From assembly GCA_000405685.1 (NCBI GenBank), contig ASPF01000012.1:14326-78325 (forward strand): DNA of 64,000 nt, written 5' to 3'. The position numbers and the translations under genes were made by a program. Below the pieces are notes generated by a model. The model had not been told where the DNA came from, did no database searches, and saw only the letters and a program-made list of their open reading frames with translations. This DNA is from Candidatus Geocrenenecus sp. JGI 0000106-J15 (GTDB lineage Archaea; Thermoproteota; Nitrososphaeria_A; Caldarchaeales; Wolframiiraptoraceae). The stretch's first letter is position 1. Each line of letters begins with the position of its first letter. Shown here piece by piece: positions 40,750 to 50,247 of the stretch.

Positions 40750-41770
40750 CGCTCTTAATCAGGGAGTTTGTTGGTAGGCGTAGGGTTGATCTCCCACCTT
40801 ATCTAACCTTATTCTATGCTGGCAGAGCTTCTGAACCTATTCGTATGTGAGGCTTCAGCTGCTAGGTTTCTGAGGGGGGTTCGATGGGCTGGAGGCATCC
40901 GCTGCCCTTACTGTAGTTCTGAAGCTATCATTAGATGGGCTTGGTACAGGCGTGTGTATCAACGGTATCGATGTAAGGCATGTAGACGTACATTCAATGA
41001 TAAGACTGGAACAATCTCTGCCTACAGCCGTATACCCTTAAATGAATGGCTATTCCTCGCATATCTTCTAGGATGCCTCCACATATCTATCTTGGAGGCT
41101 TCAAGAAAGCTTGAGCGTAGCTATGGAGCCTTCTACCGCTCAGCTAGGAAGATAATATACGCTATCCATAGATGTAGGAGGAGGTTATGGGGTTCTAGGA
41201 AGCTTCCAGGAGATGTAGAGATGGATGAAGTATATGTTAAAGCAGGCTTAAAAGGAAGAGGTAACTATTGGAGGATACTATCTCTTGGAAGGAAGCCTAG
41301 ATGTAGGGGTTTGAAGGCTAGGAGAGGAAGAGGCTCCTGGAAGAAGGATATGCCTCCAATAATAATCCTTGTTGAACGTAGAGGGGTGGAACGCTACATT
41401 CCATCTACCGATGTAGAGAAAAGAACCATTGAAAAGATTGTCTCAAGACATGTAGAGCCTGGCTCCAGAATCTACACAGACAGCTTCACATCCTATACTA
41501 TCCTCCAAACCCTAGGCTTCAAACATGAAAGAGTAAACCACTCAATAAGAGAATCTGCTAGAGGAAACATACATACCAACAACTGTGAGAATAGAGCATC
41601 AATCCTGAAGCCATGGCTAGCCATACACAGAGGAGTATCCAAGGATAACCTTGACGTATACTTAAGCTTCTTCCATCTTCAGAGAACCACAAGCAAACTC
41701 CCAAACCTCCAAAAGATCAAGCTCATAATAAAAACTTAAACCCCACCAACAAACTCCATGATTAAGAGCG
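40750..41770 (+). mobile_element. Intact IS1595-family insertion sequence (1021 bp) with 26-bp terminal inverted repeats (25/26 identical) and an 8-bp target-site duplication TATAGCTT.
   Basis: Left IR cgctcttaatcagggagtttgttggt at 40750-40775. Right IR (reverse complement) cgctcttaatcatggagtttgttggt at 41745-41770. The TSD tatagctt lies at 40742-40749 and 41771-41778. Confidence 0.8.
40816..41739 (+). CDS. tnp: IS1595-family DDE transposase with an N-terminal Zn-ribbon.
   Basis: CPYCSS...YRCKACRRTFNDKTGT is the transposase zinc-ribbon. DEVYV, IYTDSFTSY and VNHSIRE...HTNNCEN match IS1595 DDE-region motifs. Confidence 0.75.
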   Translation: MLAELLNLFVCEASAARFLRGVRWAGGIRCPYCSSEAIIRWAWYRRVYQRYRCKACRRTFNDKTGTISAYSRIPLNEWLFLAYLLGCLHISILEASRKLERSYGAFYRSARKIIYAIHRCRRRLWGSRKLPGDVEMDEVYVKAGLKGRGNYWRILSLGRKPRCRGLKARRGRGSWKKDMPPIIILVERRGVERYIPSTDVEKRTIEKIVSRHVEPGSRIYTDSFTSYTILQTLGFKHERVNHSIRESARGNIHTNNCENRASILKPWLAIHRGVSKDNLDVYLSFFHLQRTTSKLPNLQKIKLIIKT

Positions 41771-42191
41771 TATAGCTTTAGAGAGAATTGGAAGCTAAAA
41801 TTTGGCAGATAAGCGCTAGATACACTTATCTAGATTATACAGATCTAAAAGTAAAGATAAGTAAACTGCTAGAATATGATCTTGAAAAATTTGGATATGA
41901 AAATAGAGTAGAAGCACTTAACATCGCATCCAAAAGTTATAAAGAACTAAAAGAAAAAACTCCTATCACTTAGAGACAAATTTGAAAAACGATAAAGTAT
42001 GATAGTGTCTAAAGGCTTAAAGCATATGTCTTCCCCAGCCTTATCTGTAAATTAAAAATCTCTATAAATAAACGAAACCTTAAATAAAACTCGACTGGAC
42101 CGCCCGCCAAGAGATTAAGGCGATCGAGAGAACTGTCAGACTACTAACAGAGATTAATATATCAGAATCTGAAATATTTTTTGGAGAAGAT

Positions 42192-42908
42192 ATGTTGAGT
42201 GAAGCTTATTCCAAGCTCTTACTAAGATTCGGGCTTAGGAAGTTTAGGTCATCTGACGCCTTGTACATTGTAGGAGCAGAAAGACTCTACTTGATTCTAC
42301 ACAGGCTATGTAGGGCTGGTTACTTAGTAAGAATTTCCAGGGGAGTTTTTAGAGTCTCTCATCCTACTGTGCTTGTCTTGGAGCGGGCTGGCTATAGATG
42401 GAGAGATAAGATAATCCAGAAAGATTATCTGGAATTTCTAGAATCACTTGTTGTAAAGGTCCTCGAAGGATTTTGGGATAAGCTCATCTCGCTGGTGATC
42501 TTCGGGTCCGTGGCGGCCGGCCAGGCGAGGGCTGAGAGTGACGTGGACCTACTGATCATAGCCGAGGACCTGCCGGAGAGATACTCGGATAGGTTGAGGC
42601 TCTGGAGGGAAATTGTGGCTGGTCTCGAATCCGAGAGGCTGAGGCTCTGGAGGGAGAAAAAGCTTTACCCGTTGATAGATCCTATACTTTTAACCCCAAG
42701 CGAGGCTGAAAGAATTCAGCCATTCTACCTCGACCTTTTGGAGTACGCTGTAATCGTCTATGATAGAGATGGCTTCATGCACCGGGTTCTCGAAGGATTG
42801 AGAGCTAAGCTGAAGATCCTAGGAGCGATTAAAGTGGAGCTTCCAGATAAGTCATGGTATTGGGTTATTAAGCCTGGCGCTGGTTTTGGAGAGGCGATCA
42901 TGGTTTGA
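42192..42908 (+). CDS. Nucleotidyltransferase (MNT/Pol-beta-like) with an N-terminal extension; partner of the downstream HEPN gene. Compositionally GC-rich.
   Basis: VIFGSVAAGQARAESDVDLLIIAEDL carries the GS...DxD motif. Contains an internal 45-bp duplication (RLRLWRE twice). Confidence 0.65.
   Translation: MLSEAYSKLLLRFGLRKFRSSDALYIVGAERLYLILHRLCRAGYLVRISRGVFRVSHPTVLVLERAGYRWRDKIIQKDYLEFLESLVVKVLEGFWDKLISLVIFGSVAAGQARAESDVDLLIIAEDLPERYSDRLRLWREIVAGLESERLRLWREKKLYPLIDPILLTPSEAERIQPFYLDLLEYAVIVYDRDGFMHRVLEGLRAKLKILGAIKVELPDKSWYWVIKPGAGFGEAIMV
42591..42655 (+). repeat. Intragenic 45-bp direct duplication.
   Basis: aggttgaggctctggaggga at 42591-42610 and aggctgaggctctggaggga at 42636-42655. 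Confidence 0.6.
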
Positions 42909-43330
42909 GGATGGATGACTTGGCCCGTGATTATCTTAGAAGGGCTGAGGCCAGGCTCGCATCCGCTCGATATGCTCTCAACCAAGGCTACTATCCAGAA
43001 GTTGTTAGATATTCTCAGGAGTGCGTAGAACTCTCTTTAAAGGCGTGCTTAAGACTTGTCGGAGTCGAGTATCCAAAGGTTCACGATGTCGGCGATGTCC
43101 TGAGAGCAGAGTCCATGAGATTTCCAAGCTGGTTTAGAGAGGAGGTTGATAGGCTTGCAGAGATCTCTAGGAATCTCGCAGAGAAGCGTGCTCCAAGCAT
43201 GTACGGAGTAGAGATTGCTGGAAAATCCCCTGATGATCTCTTCAATAAAGATGATGCCATGAAAGCCTTAGAAAGAGCGGAGCTTGTTCAAAGGCTGGCG
43301 AAAAAACTTCTAGAGCAAGCTAAGTTCTAA
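42905..43330 (+). CDS. HEPN-domain protein.
   Basis: Size 141 aa, helical. Follows the MNT gene with a 4-nt overlap. HEPN-like Arg/His positions (…EKRAPSMYG…). Confidence 0.55.
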   Translation: MRMDDLARDYLRRAEARLASARYALNQGYYPEVVRYSQECVELSLKACLRLVGVEYPKVHDVGDVLRAESMRFPSWFREEVDRLAEISRNLAEKRAPSMYGVEIAGKSPDDLFNKDDAMKALERAELVQRLAKKLLEQAKF

Positions 43331-43843
43331 GTATATTAATGGTCTCTAGGCTTAAGTACCAAGTATCTCCTACGTCCTTAGTTCAGCATAGTCAAGACGT
43401 AGTTAAGATGGGTTATTCAATCTCAAAAAGCATTTTTTTCTAGAGAGATATCATGTTTTCGAACTTGCTGAATCGAGGAAGAATGTATTGAAGATGCTTA
43501 TATAAGATGAAGAGTTATAAGTAAATCTTTCCAGAGTAGAGTCTAAGAATAGTGATAAGTTATATGCTTTCAGAGGATGTAGGTCAAGAATCTGTCAAAG
43601 CGATGTTGAATATTTTAACAAAAGATCGGAGAAGGTTAAAGAACGTTTTAAGAGATGGCGAAGTCTATTCTCAAATGTTTGGAAGCCGTATGAACCATAC
43701 TACTTAGAAGAAGCCTATAAGAAGAAGATAAAGCTGGGTGCATCATGTCTAAGGTAGAGATCATACTTTATAGCTGCTAGAAGAACATGTTATAGGAAGA
43801 ATGTGAATTTTAGATCTTTCTAGAGTTCTTAGTTGCTTATGAT

Positions 43844-44305
43844 CTATGTTTTGTTCTTTTTCTTCATGTCTAAGGTTATCTTTGCAATCTTTGATATATT
43901 CCATTCTCCATGCCTGTTTACATAGATGTAACTATGCTCCTTAAGCTTCTCCAACATCTTTAGAATCTTCTCTTCTATATCTAGTCTATCGTAGACTACT
44001 CCATAGCCTAGTGCGAGACCTGAGAGAAAACCTCCGACCTCCATATTCTTATCCAACCCTCTAATATCTAGAACATGAACGTCAAGTGTAATAAAGTAAT
44101 TGAATAGTCTATTCAAATATTCTATTATCTTCTCTTCTAAGCTAATCTTTTCTTTAAGATCTTCTAAGTAGTTAACTACTACTAGGATGTCTAGGTCTCT
44201 CCCATGACCCATGTAGATACTACTACCGAATAGAATGATAGACATTAATCTATCTCCTAGAATCTCATTCAATGCTTGATTAATCTTCAATTCTAACTCC
44301 TTCAT
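43844..44305 (-). CDS. Minimal nucleotidyltransferase (MNT).
   Basis: LMSIILFGSSIYMGHGRDLDILVVV carries the GS...DxD motif. The start codon is uncertain; the ORF track extends it to 44398. Confidence 0.6.
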   Translation of the reverse strand: MKELELKINQALNEILGDRLMSIILFGSSIYMGHGRDLDILVVVNYLEDLKEKISLEEKIIEYLNRLFNYFITLDVHVLDIRGLDKNMEVGGFLSGLALGYGVVYDRLDIEEKILKMLEKLKEHSYIYVNRHGEWNISKIAKITLDMKKKNKT

Positions 44306-44720
44306 CTTCAAGAAACCTCCTAGCTTCCACAAATGCTTCTCCTGCAAGCTTAACTGCTCTTTCAGCTTTTTCTCTAGTAACGTATTGGGCTGGCTCAACT
44401 ACTTTTTCATCGATTATGAATGGGTACCTGCTTCTAGTATAATATTCATGAAGCTTCTCTAATGCTTCAACAATCTTAGTAAACTCTTCTCTCCATCTAT
44501 CTTGGAAAGCTTTCAAGAAGTAGCCTGTCAATCTAGGACCACAATTATATACGTATTCCGCCTTGGCTTCAAGCATTGCTTTGACAGCTTTCTCTACACA
44601 TTGCTGTGAGAAGAAGATAGATGCAGGATAATCATAAAGTTTAAGCATATCTTCTGCTCTCTTAAGGTCTCTCCAAGCTTCTCTAAGATAGCTTCTAGCA
44701 AACTCTCTGAATAAGCTCAT
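44280..44720 (-). CDS. HEPN-domain protein.
   Basis: ...HEYYTRSRYPFIIDEKVV... HEPN motif region. Upstream of and overlapping the MNT gene. Confidence 0.6.
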   Translation of the reverse strand: MSLFREFARSYLREAWRDLKRAEDMLKLYDYPASIFFSQQCVEKAVKAMLEAKAEYVYNCGPRLTGYFLKAFQDRWREEFTKIVEALEKLHEYYTRSRYPFIIDEKVVEPAQYVTREKAERAVKLAGEAFVEARRFLEDEGVRIED

Positions 44721-45068
44721 CCAGTTCTACATCTCTATACATAGTTTTATAGTTTACTCCTAAACTGCAACAACCACTTTGAATACTCTCTAAATTTGAA
44801 GACACCTAAAACATAGTGTGACTCCGAGAGCAGATAGATGTTTTGCAAACAGCTGAAAAACTAGATGTATATCTTCTATTAGTTTGTTTATGATCTCTCT
44901 TAGATCTATGAGTTCCACCTACCTGAACTTTTTATCTTCTTCAACATACCCTTATAAAATTCATTCCTCGAACTCAAGATCTACCTGTATTACAAATAGT
45001 ATGATAGCAGTCCATGCTATATCTTAGAAATAGGGTGTGAATGATGCGTAATAGCTGTTAGGCGAATC

Positions 45069-45329
45069 CTAGAATATTCCTAGTTTTATTGCTAGTTCTG
45101 AAGCTGGCGTATCAGATGAGAGTTTTACGTATGCTTTCTTCTCTCCTAGAGGTGTTATCAACGTATTTATCTTGATGACTTTAACACCGTAGAGTTCTTC
45201 TACCGCTCTCTTAATATCTTTCTTTGTTGCTTTACTGTCTACTATAAATGTTATCTTATTTTCTTTCTCTATAAGTGAGACAGCATCCTGGGTGATTACA
45301 ATCCTCTTGATTACTTCTGAAGACTTCAC
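45069..45329 (-). CDS. rpl23: 50S ribosomal protein uL23 (L23P); GTG start overlapping the rpl4 stop (GTGA).
   Basis: [57 protein letters not shown] is canonical uL23. Confidence 0.9.
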   Translation of the reverse strand: MKSSEVIKRIVITQDAVSLIEKENKITFIVDSKATKKDIKRAVEELYGVKVIKINTLITPLGEKKAYVKLSSDTPASELAIKLGIF

Positions 45330-46159
45330 TTTAATCCCCCTAGTAATACTTCATCGATCTTCTCAAAAGCATTAACACTGTAGATTGTTAATCTTCCAGG
45401 CTTAGCCCCTGGAGCTAGATGGAGTACACTTAAATCTTTCAACTTAACAACATCTACTCCAGGGATGTTCTCTGAAGCCTCCGATATTCCCATGTCTTCT
45501 AATACGACAATTAATGGTCCGATTTTCCTCTTGTATCTTCTACCACGCTTCTTACCCTTACCTGCCCTGATCTTTTTCTCTCTACATCTCTGAAGTTCTT
45601 CTTTAAGACCAATCTTCTCAAGGAATTCTCTAAGCTCTCTAGTTCTAGCTATTGATTCAATCTTCTCATTGACAACTATTGGTAGACTTATGTTTTCTGG
45701 AATTCTATGTCCACGTTTTGTTACTGCATCTGGAACGCCTGTATATGCTACCGCAGTTATCAACGCTATCCTCTTTTCTTTCTTATTCAATTCTTTGTAT
45801 ATCTTCTTCTCAGGTGTAGGTGGATGGGTTGGGCGACCACCAACAGCTGATGGAACCATCCCACCTGATTGTGCTTTACCTGTTCCTGATGCTCTTATCC
45901 TAGATATCCTCGCCATACCGTATCCAGCCCCCCAAGAATCTACAGAATATTTATGTCCAGATCCTTTAAATGCTCCTTTAGGTTGTAGTTTATGTGTTTG
46001 GAGATGTATGAATGCTCTCCATACAAGGTCTTCTCTTAACGGTGCATAGAAGACTCTTGGAAGAGCTACCTCGCTAATCTTAGAACCTTCTAGATCTATA
46101 ACTGGTATCTTCTTCTCTATACCTTCAGATGCTTTAAGCAACTCTACCAATATGCTCAT
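45326..46159 (-). CDS. rpl4: 50S ribosomal protein uL4 (L4P).
   Basis: ...[49 protein letters not shown]... is canonical archaeal uL4. ATGA overlap with rpl3. Confidence 0.9.
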   Translation of the reverse strand: MSILVELLKASEGIEKKIPVIDLEGSKISEVALPRVFYAPLREDLVWRAFIHLQTHKLQPKGAFKGSGHKYSVDSWGAGYGMARISRIRASGTGKAQSGGMVPSAVGGRPTHPPTPEKKIYKELNKKEKRIALITAVAYTGVPDAVTKRGHRIPENISLPIVVNEKIESIARTRELREFLEKIGLKEELQRCREKKIRAGKGKKRGRRYKRKIGPLIVVLEDMGISEASENIPGVDVVKLKDLSVLHLAPGAKPGRLTIYSVNAFEKIDEVLLGGLK

Positions 46160-47142
46160 CTTGGAACACCAACCATTATTATCTGTGGTGCTTCATGAAG
46201 CCTAGGAGGTCTAGCAGGCTTTCTCAATACTACAGCTCTCTTAGGAACTCCTGGAACTGTTCCCTCCAGTATTACTGCCTCTGTTCTAACTACTCCGAAG
46301 TGGGGATATCCACCTTTAGGTGTATATTCTAAACCACTCTCACTATATGTGAGTATTCTCTTATTGTATTCTGTTCTACGATGATATCCCATCTGTCCTG
46401 CTCTTGGAACAGTATATGTTACATAGGCTGGGCTTCTACCACCTATTGCTCCAACCTCTCTCCTAGTCTTCCTCTTCTTCCTAGGCTGTATCTTCACTTT
46501 ATGTCTACCTACTACTCCTTCGAATCCTTTACCTCTAGATACAGCTATAACATCTATGAACTCTCCATTATTGAAGACTTCAGAGATTTTTACTTCCTTA
46601 CCAAGTCTATTAATAGCATATTCTAGTGCTTTATCTAGTGGTCCACCTACTTTTATCTCGATGAGGTCTACCTTCTTCTTAGATAATCCAGCCAGCTTAG
46701 GTCTTGCAAGAGCTATTACTCTAATCTCCTTCAAATTATCGAGGCTACTCTTTAATTTCTCTAATTTTTCTTTCTCATTAGGTCTCCAAGTAGGAATACT
46801 TTTCTTGATCTCTTCAGGTAGATTACTAGCCCAGACTCTTGTATACTCTTTTAATGCACCATTCTCCTCAGTATATCCAACTATTCCTGCGATGATTATT
46901 GGAGGTGTAGCTATTACTGTTCCTACTTTTGCTACTTCAAGACCTTGAGTGGGAGAATTCGGTATATTATCTATATAGTAGACCGTTGTATGTCCAGCTT
47001 TATATCCTATGAATCCGAGTAGCTTAGGTTCACCATCGTATGGAGGCCAATACTTTACACGGGGAACTATACGGCTAGCTCTACCTCTAGGAAGATATGC
47101 TAGCGAGCTCCTCCTAGGAGCAGACTGTTTTCTATGACCCAT
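46156..47142 (-). CDS. rpl3: 50S ribosomal protein uL3 (L3P).
   Basis: MGHRKQSAPRRSSLAYLPRGRASRIVPRVKYWP...FEGVVGRHKVKIQPRKKRKTRREVGAIGGRSPAYVTYTVPRAGQMGYHRRTE is canonical uL3. Confidence 0.9.
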   Translation of the reverse strand: MGHRKQSAPRRSSLAYLPRGRASRIVPRVKYWPPYDGEPKLLGFIGYKAGHTTVYYIDNIPNSPTQGLEVAKVGTVIATPPIIIAGIVGYTEENGALKEYTRVWASNLPEEIKKSIPTWRPNEKEKLEKLKSSLDNLKEIRVIALARPKLAGLSKKKVDLIEIKVGGPLDKALEYAINRLGKEVKISEVFNNGEFIDVIAVSRGKGFEGVVGRHKVKIQPRKKRKTRREVGAIGGRSPAYVTYTVPRAGQMGYHRRTEYNKRILTYSESGLEYTPKGGYPHFGVVRTEAVILEGTVPGVPKRAVVLRKPARPPRLHEAPQIIMVGVPR

Positions 47143-47325
47143 AAACCCTCTACTAATCCATCCATCTAGACCTCTACAATAAAAACGTATCTACGATAGA
47201 TCGATACGTTAATCACATACTATATATTTGACATAATCTTCTACATCCTGTTCACAATCGCTCTTAAGAGATGATGATAAACAGTTTATAGCTTAGCTTC
47301 TCAATCTATTCTTAAGGTAGCTTGG

Positions 47326-47763
47326 TTGACTAAAATAGATAAGAATGTTTTCCAGAAGCTCATTAGAGAGGTGGCTGAAGCTATTGAAGAAGTTAGAGAA
47401 ATTATTTCTCTAGATGTAGATACTTTTCTGAATGATAGAAGAGCAAGATTCAGTCTAAGGTATAGTATAGTATTGATCGTTGAGTCTTTAGCAGATATAG
47501 CTGTAGCCATTCTAGAAAAAGACTTTAACGAGGTTGTTGAATCTTACAGAGATGCCATAACGAAGTTAAGAGATAAGCGTGTACTGGAAAGCAGAGTCGC
47601 AGAGTCCATAGCAAGACTTGTAAGTTTGAGAAACCTAATAGTTCATAGGTATTGGGCAGTTGATGATCTGAAGATTTATGAATCTGCTAAAAGCAGTGGA
47701 ATAGAGAATATTGAGAGATTCATAGAAGAGGTGTCGAGATACGTCGAGGTTAAGGATGATTGA
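47326..47763 (+). CDS. hepT: HepT-like (DUF86) HEPN toxin.
   Basis: ...LVSLRNLIVHRYWAVDD is the R-x4-HxY HepT motif. Size 145 aa. Confidence 0.7.
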   Translation: MTKIDKNVFQKLIREVAEAIEEVREIISLDVDTFLNDRRARFSLRYSIVLIVESLADIAVAILEKDFNEVVESYRDAITKLRDKRVLESRVAESIARLVSLRNLIVHRYWAVDDLKIYESAKSSGIENIERFIEEVSRYVEVKDD

Positions 47764-48169
47764 AGAATCTAGAAGGAAGACGAAGATTCTCAGTGTTCAT
47801 GAGAAGAGAGAGATTATAAAATTATTGAAAGAAGCATTCAATAATATTGATGAAGTCTCTTTAGCTATAATTCATGGAGGATTTATAGAATGTAGAGTCT
47901 TCCGAGATATCGATATAGCGTTGTATCTCTCATGTGTTCCTCTTAGAGAAGACGTTCTTGAAGAAGTTAGAGAAGCATTAGAGAAGAAGCTTGATATCGC
48001 AATCGATATACAGATTTTGAATTATGCTCCACCTAGGTTTATTGTAAAAGCTTTAAAGAATGGCTTGATAATCGTTGAAAAAGTCCCTGGGTTTAGGGGA
48101 ATCTTATTTATACATGCACTCGAAGAACTGAATAGACTTAAAAGACCTAGAAATATTAAACTTATCTAA
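47756..48169 (+). CDS. mntA: MntA-like nucleotidyltransferase antitoxin.
   Basis: IIHGGFIECRVFRDIDIALYL carries the G[GS]...DxD motif. Overlaps hepT by 8 nt. Confidence 0.65.
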   Translation: MIEESRRKTKILSVHEKREIIKLLKEAFNNIDEVSLAIIHGGFIECRVFRDIDIALYLSCVPLREDVLEEVREALEKKLDIAIDIQILNYAPPRFIVKALKNGLIIVEKVPGFRGILFIHALEELNRLKRPRNIKLI

Positions 48170-48183
48170 TAAATCTCAGGGGT

Positions 48184-48870
48184 TTATCTTCTCGTTTCTA
48201 GAGATTTGATAGCCTGCGCTGCAAGCTGGGAGATCTTTACTTCTCCAAAAAATCCATCATAGTAGATTTTAACGATAGACTCATCATTTAGCATGTTCTT
48301 TAGTTTAGATAAAGCTTGATCAATCTTTAACTCTTGTATAGTTTTAATAGTATATGCTCTAGTCTCAGGGTCAGGGTCATCGAGTAGTTCTAGTAGTCTA
48401 TCTTTTAAGTTTATTTTAGCTTCTAGAATTCTTCTACCTATTCTTCCTAGAGAATAGATTACATATTTCATTTTTAGTTCCGGGTTTTCTATAAGGGAGG
48501 CAGTAGGATTGATGAAGTCGTTGAAGTCTTCTTCCATGATTCTACCGATTTCTCCAACTACTATTGGTGCACCCATACAGTAGCCTCCATTCTCTTCATT
48601 CATGTACCAGAACATTCTTCTAATAGTCTCCTTGGCGGTCTCAGGCTCATCTCTATAGAGATATCTGCAGATATATCCTATAGCTTCTGCAGCTCTAAAC
48701 ATATATAATTCATCACCATAGAGGTAGGAGATCAATATAGATAACGTCTTCTTAACGTTACCTATCTTTACGAGTTTATCGAATTCTCTATTTTCTAGAA
48801 TCTTAAGTATCTCTTTCTTCATATCTTTTCTTCTTTTATCATTTTTTCTAGAAGCTGGGTCGGTCTCCAT
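48184..48870 (-). CDS. HEAT/PBS-lyase-like repeat protein, hypothetical.
   Basis: LELLDDPDPETRAYTIKTIQEL and AAEAIGYICRYL are HEAT-like repeats. Confidence 0.35.
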   Translation of the reverse strand: METDPASRKNDKRRKDMKKEILKILENREFDKLVKIGNVKKTLSILISYLYGDELYMFRAAEAIGYICRYLYRDEPETAKETIRRMFWYMNEENGGYCMGAPIVVGEIGRIMEEDFNDFINPTASLIENPELKMKYVIYSLGRIGRRILEAKINLKDRLLELLDDPDPETRAYTIKTIQELKIDQALSKLKNMLNDESIVKIYYDGFFGEVKISQLAAQAIKSLETRR

Positions 48871-49307
48871 TCTTCTTTAATAGTATCGAGGACGATGTAT
48901 GTAATAGTCCTTTCTACATGCTCGTTTGCTAGTAATGTTTTAATGAATGTGCTTAATTCTTCTCTATCTTTAAATCTTGCAAGGATTACTGAGTCGGATT
49001 CTCCTGTTACATCATAGACACCATGTACGTTCGGATATGAAGCAATCAATTTTTGGACTTCAAGTAGTTTTCCATGTCTTATTCTTACATGGATTACTGC
49101 CGACAAAGTGTAGCCAATCTTAACGGGATCAATTAAGGCTATGTACCCCTTGATTACACCATTCTTCTCTAATGCTTCTACACGAGAGACAATGGTTGAG
49201 ACAGATACACCTATCTTCTCGGCGATCTTCCTAAAACTAGCTCTACCATCACGGAGAAGCTCAGCAAGTATCTTATAATCAAGATCATCTAGAGCTACCT
49301 GAACCAT
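48819..49307 (-). CDS. lrp: Lrp/AsnC-family transcriptional regulator.
   Basis: LDDLDYKILAELLRDGRASFRKIAEKIGVSVSTIVSRVEALEKNGVIKGY is the HTH, followed by a RAM domain. Confidence 0.85.
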   Translation of the reverse strand: MVQVALDDLDYKILAELLRDGRASFRKIAEKIGVSVSTIVSRVEALEKNGVIKGYIALIDPVKIGYTLSAVIHVRIRHGKLLEVQKLIASYPNVHGVYDVTGESDSVILARFKDREELSTFIKTLLANEHVERTITYIVLDTIKEEWRPTQLLEKMIKEEKI

Positions 49308-49706
49308 AATCTAGTAACTCTCCAAGAGATATAGGGAAGCCTTCAGTTAATATGTCTTACGAGTATTTCAATCAAAGCAAGCATTAATAATCGCTTCTTG
49401 AATTTATTTTTCCTATAAGCTGATGGAGAACCTCATAATATCCGCTAAGGAGCTACTTGATTGTTTAGGGAGTGATTTCAGGAACAGATTAGATAAGTTA
49501 AGTATTGTAGTTCTTGAAGAAGCTTACAATAAGATGAAGGATAAAGAGTTGGAGAGGCTACGGAAGGTGTGGAAGGAGTTAATAGATGAATAAGTTAAGC
49601 TTTAAGTCTCAGACAAATTATTTTTGATACTTTAAGTTTTAAGTTATTCAGATATCAGTCTATTAGAGTGTCGTCGAGTTAACTTATTGTCTTATATTTT
49701 AAGTAA

Positions 49707-50222
49707 ATGTTTTTATTTTTATTTTGCATGAGTTATTGCATGGTTGTTAAGATTTCTGATGTAACTAGTGAGATTGTAGATCTAATCTCTAGGGATAATG
49801 TAGTTGGGCTTGCTACTCATAGGCATCTTCCCCATGAGAAAGCTATCTATATGAGGCATGGAGTATGCGGGTTTGCAGTAGATGTTATGCTTGAAGAAGA
49901 TGGTAGAAAGAATCTCTACTTTGTGCTTGTTACTGCTGAAGCTAAGCCAAGGAAGAAGATAGTAGATGACTGGATGAAGTATAGTGGAAGAGTAACATAC
50001 TACTTAACTGTGAAGACTGATAGAGGATTCAAGACTAAGAAGAGGATCTCAACATACCGTGATGGAGAACAATTATTCAAGCAGGTTGAAGAAGTTAGAC
50101 AAGCATTCTATAGAAAGTATAGAGAGCTGAAGATGAAGCAGGAGGTTGCACCTGTTAAGGTTGAAGAAGAGATATTTCATATGGTAGGGATCGAGGAGAG
50201 AGACTTATTTCTAGGAGTATAA
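49707..50222 (+). CDS. Hypothetical protein (171 aa).
   Basis: ORF with coding-like composition. No family recognised. Confidence 0.3.
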   Translation: MFLFLFCMSYCMVVKISDVTSEIVDLISRDNVVGLATHRHLPHEKAIYMRHGVCGFAVDVMLEEDGRKNLYFVLVTAEAKPRKKIVDDWMKYSGRVTYYLTVKTDRGFKTKKRISTYRDGEQLFKQVEEVRQAFYRKYRELKMKQEVAPVKVEEEIFHMVGIEERDLFLGV

Positions 50223-50247
50223 TCTTCTTAGATATGGAAATAATAGA

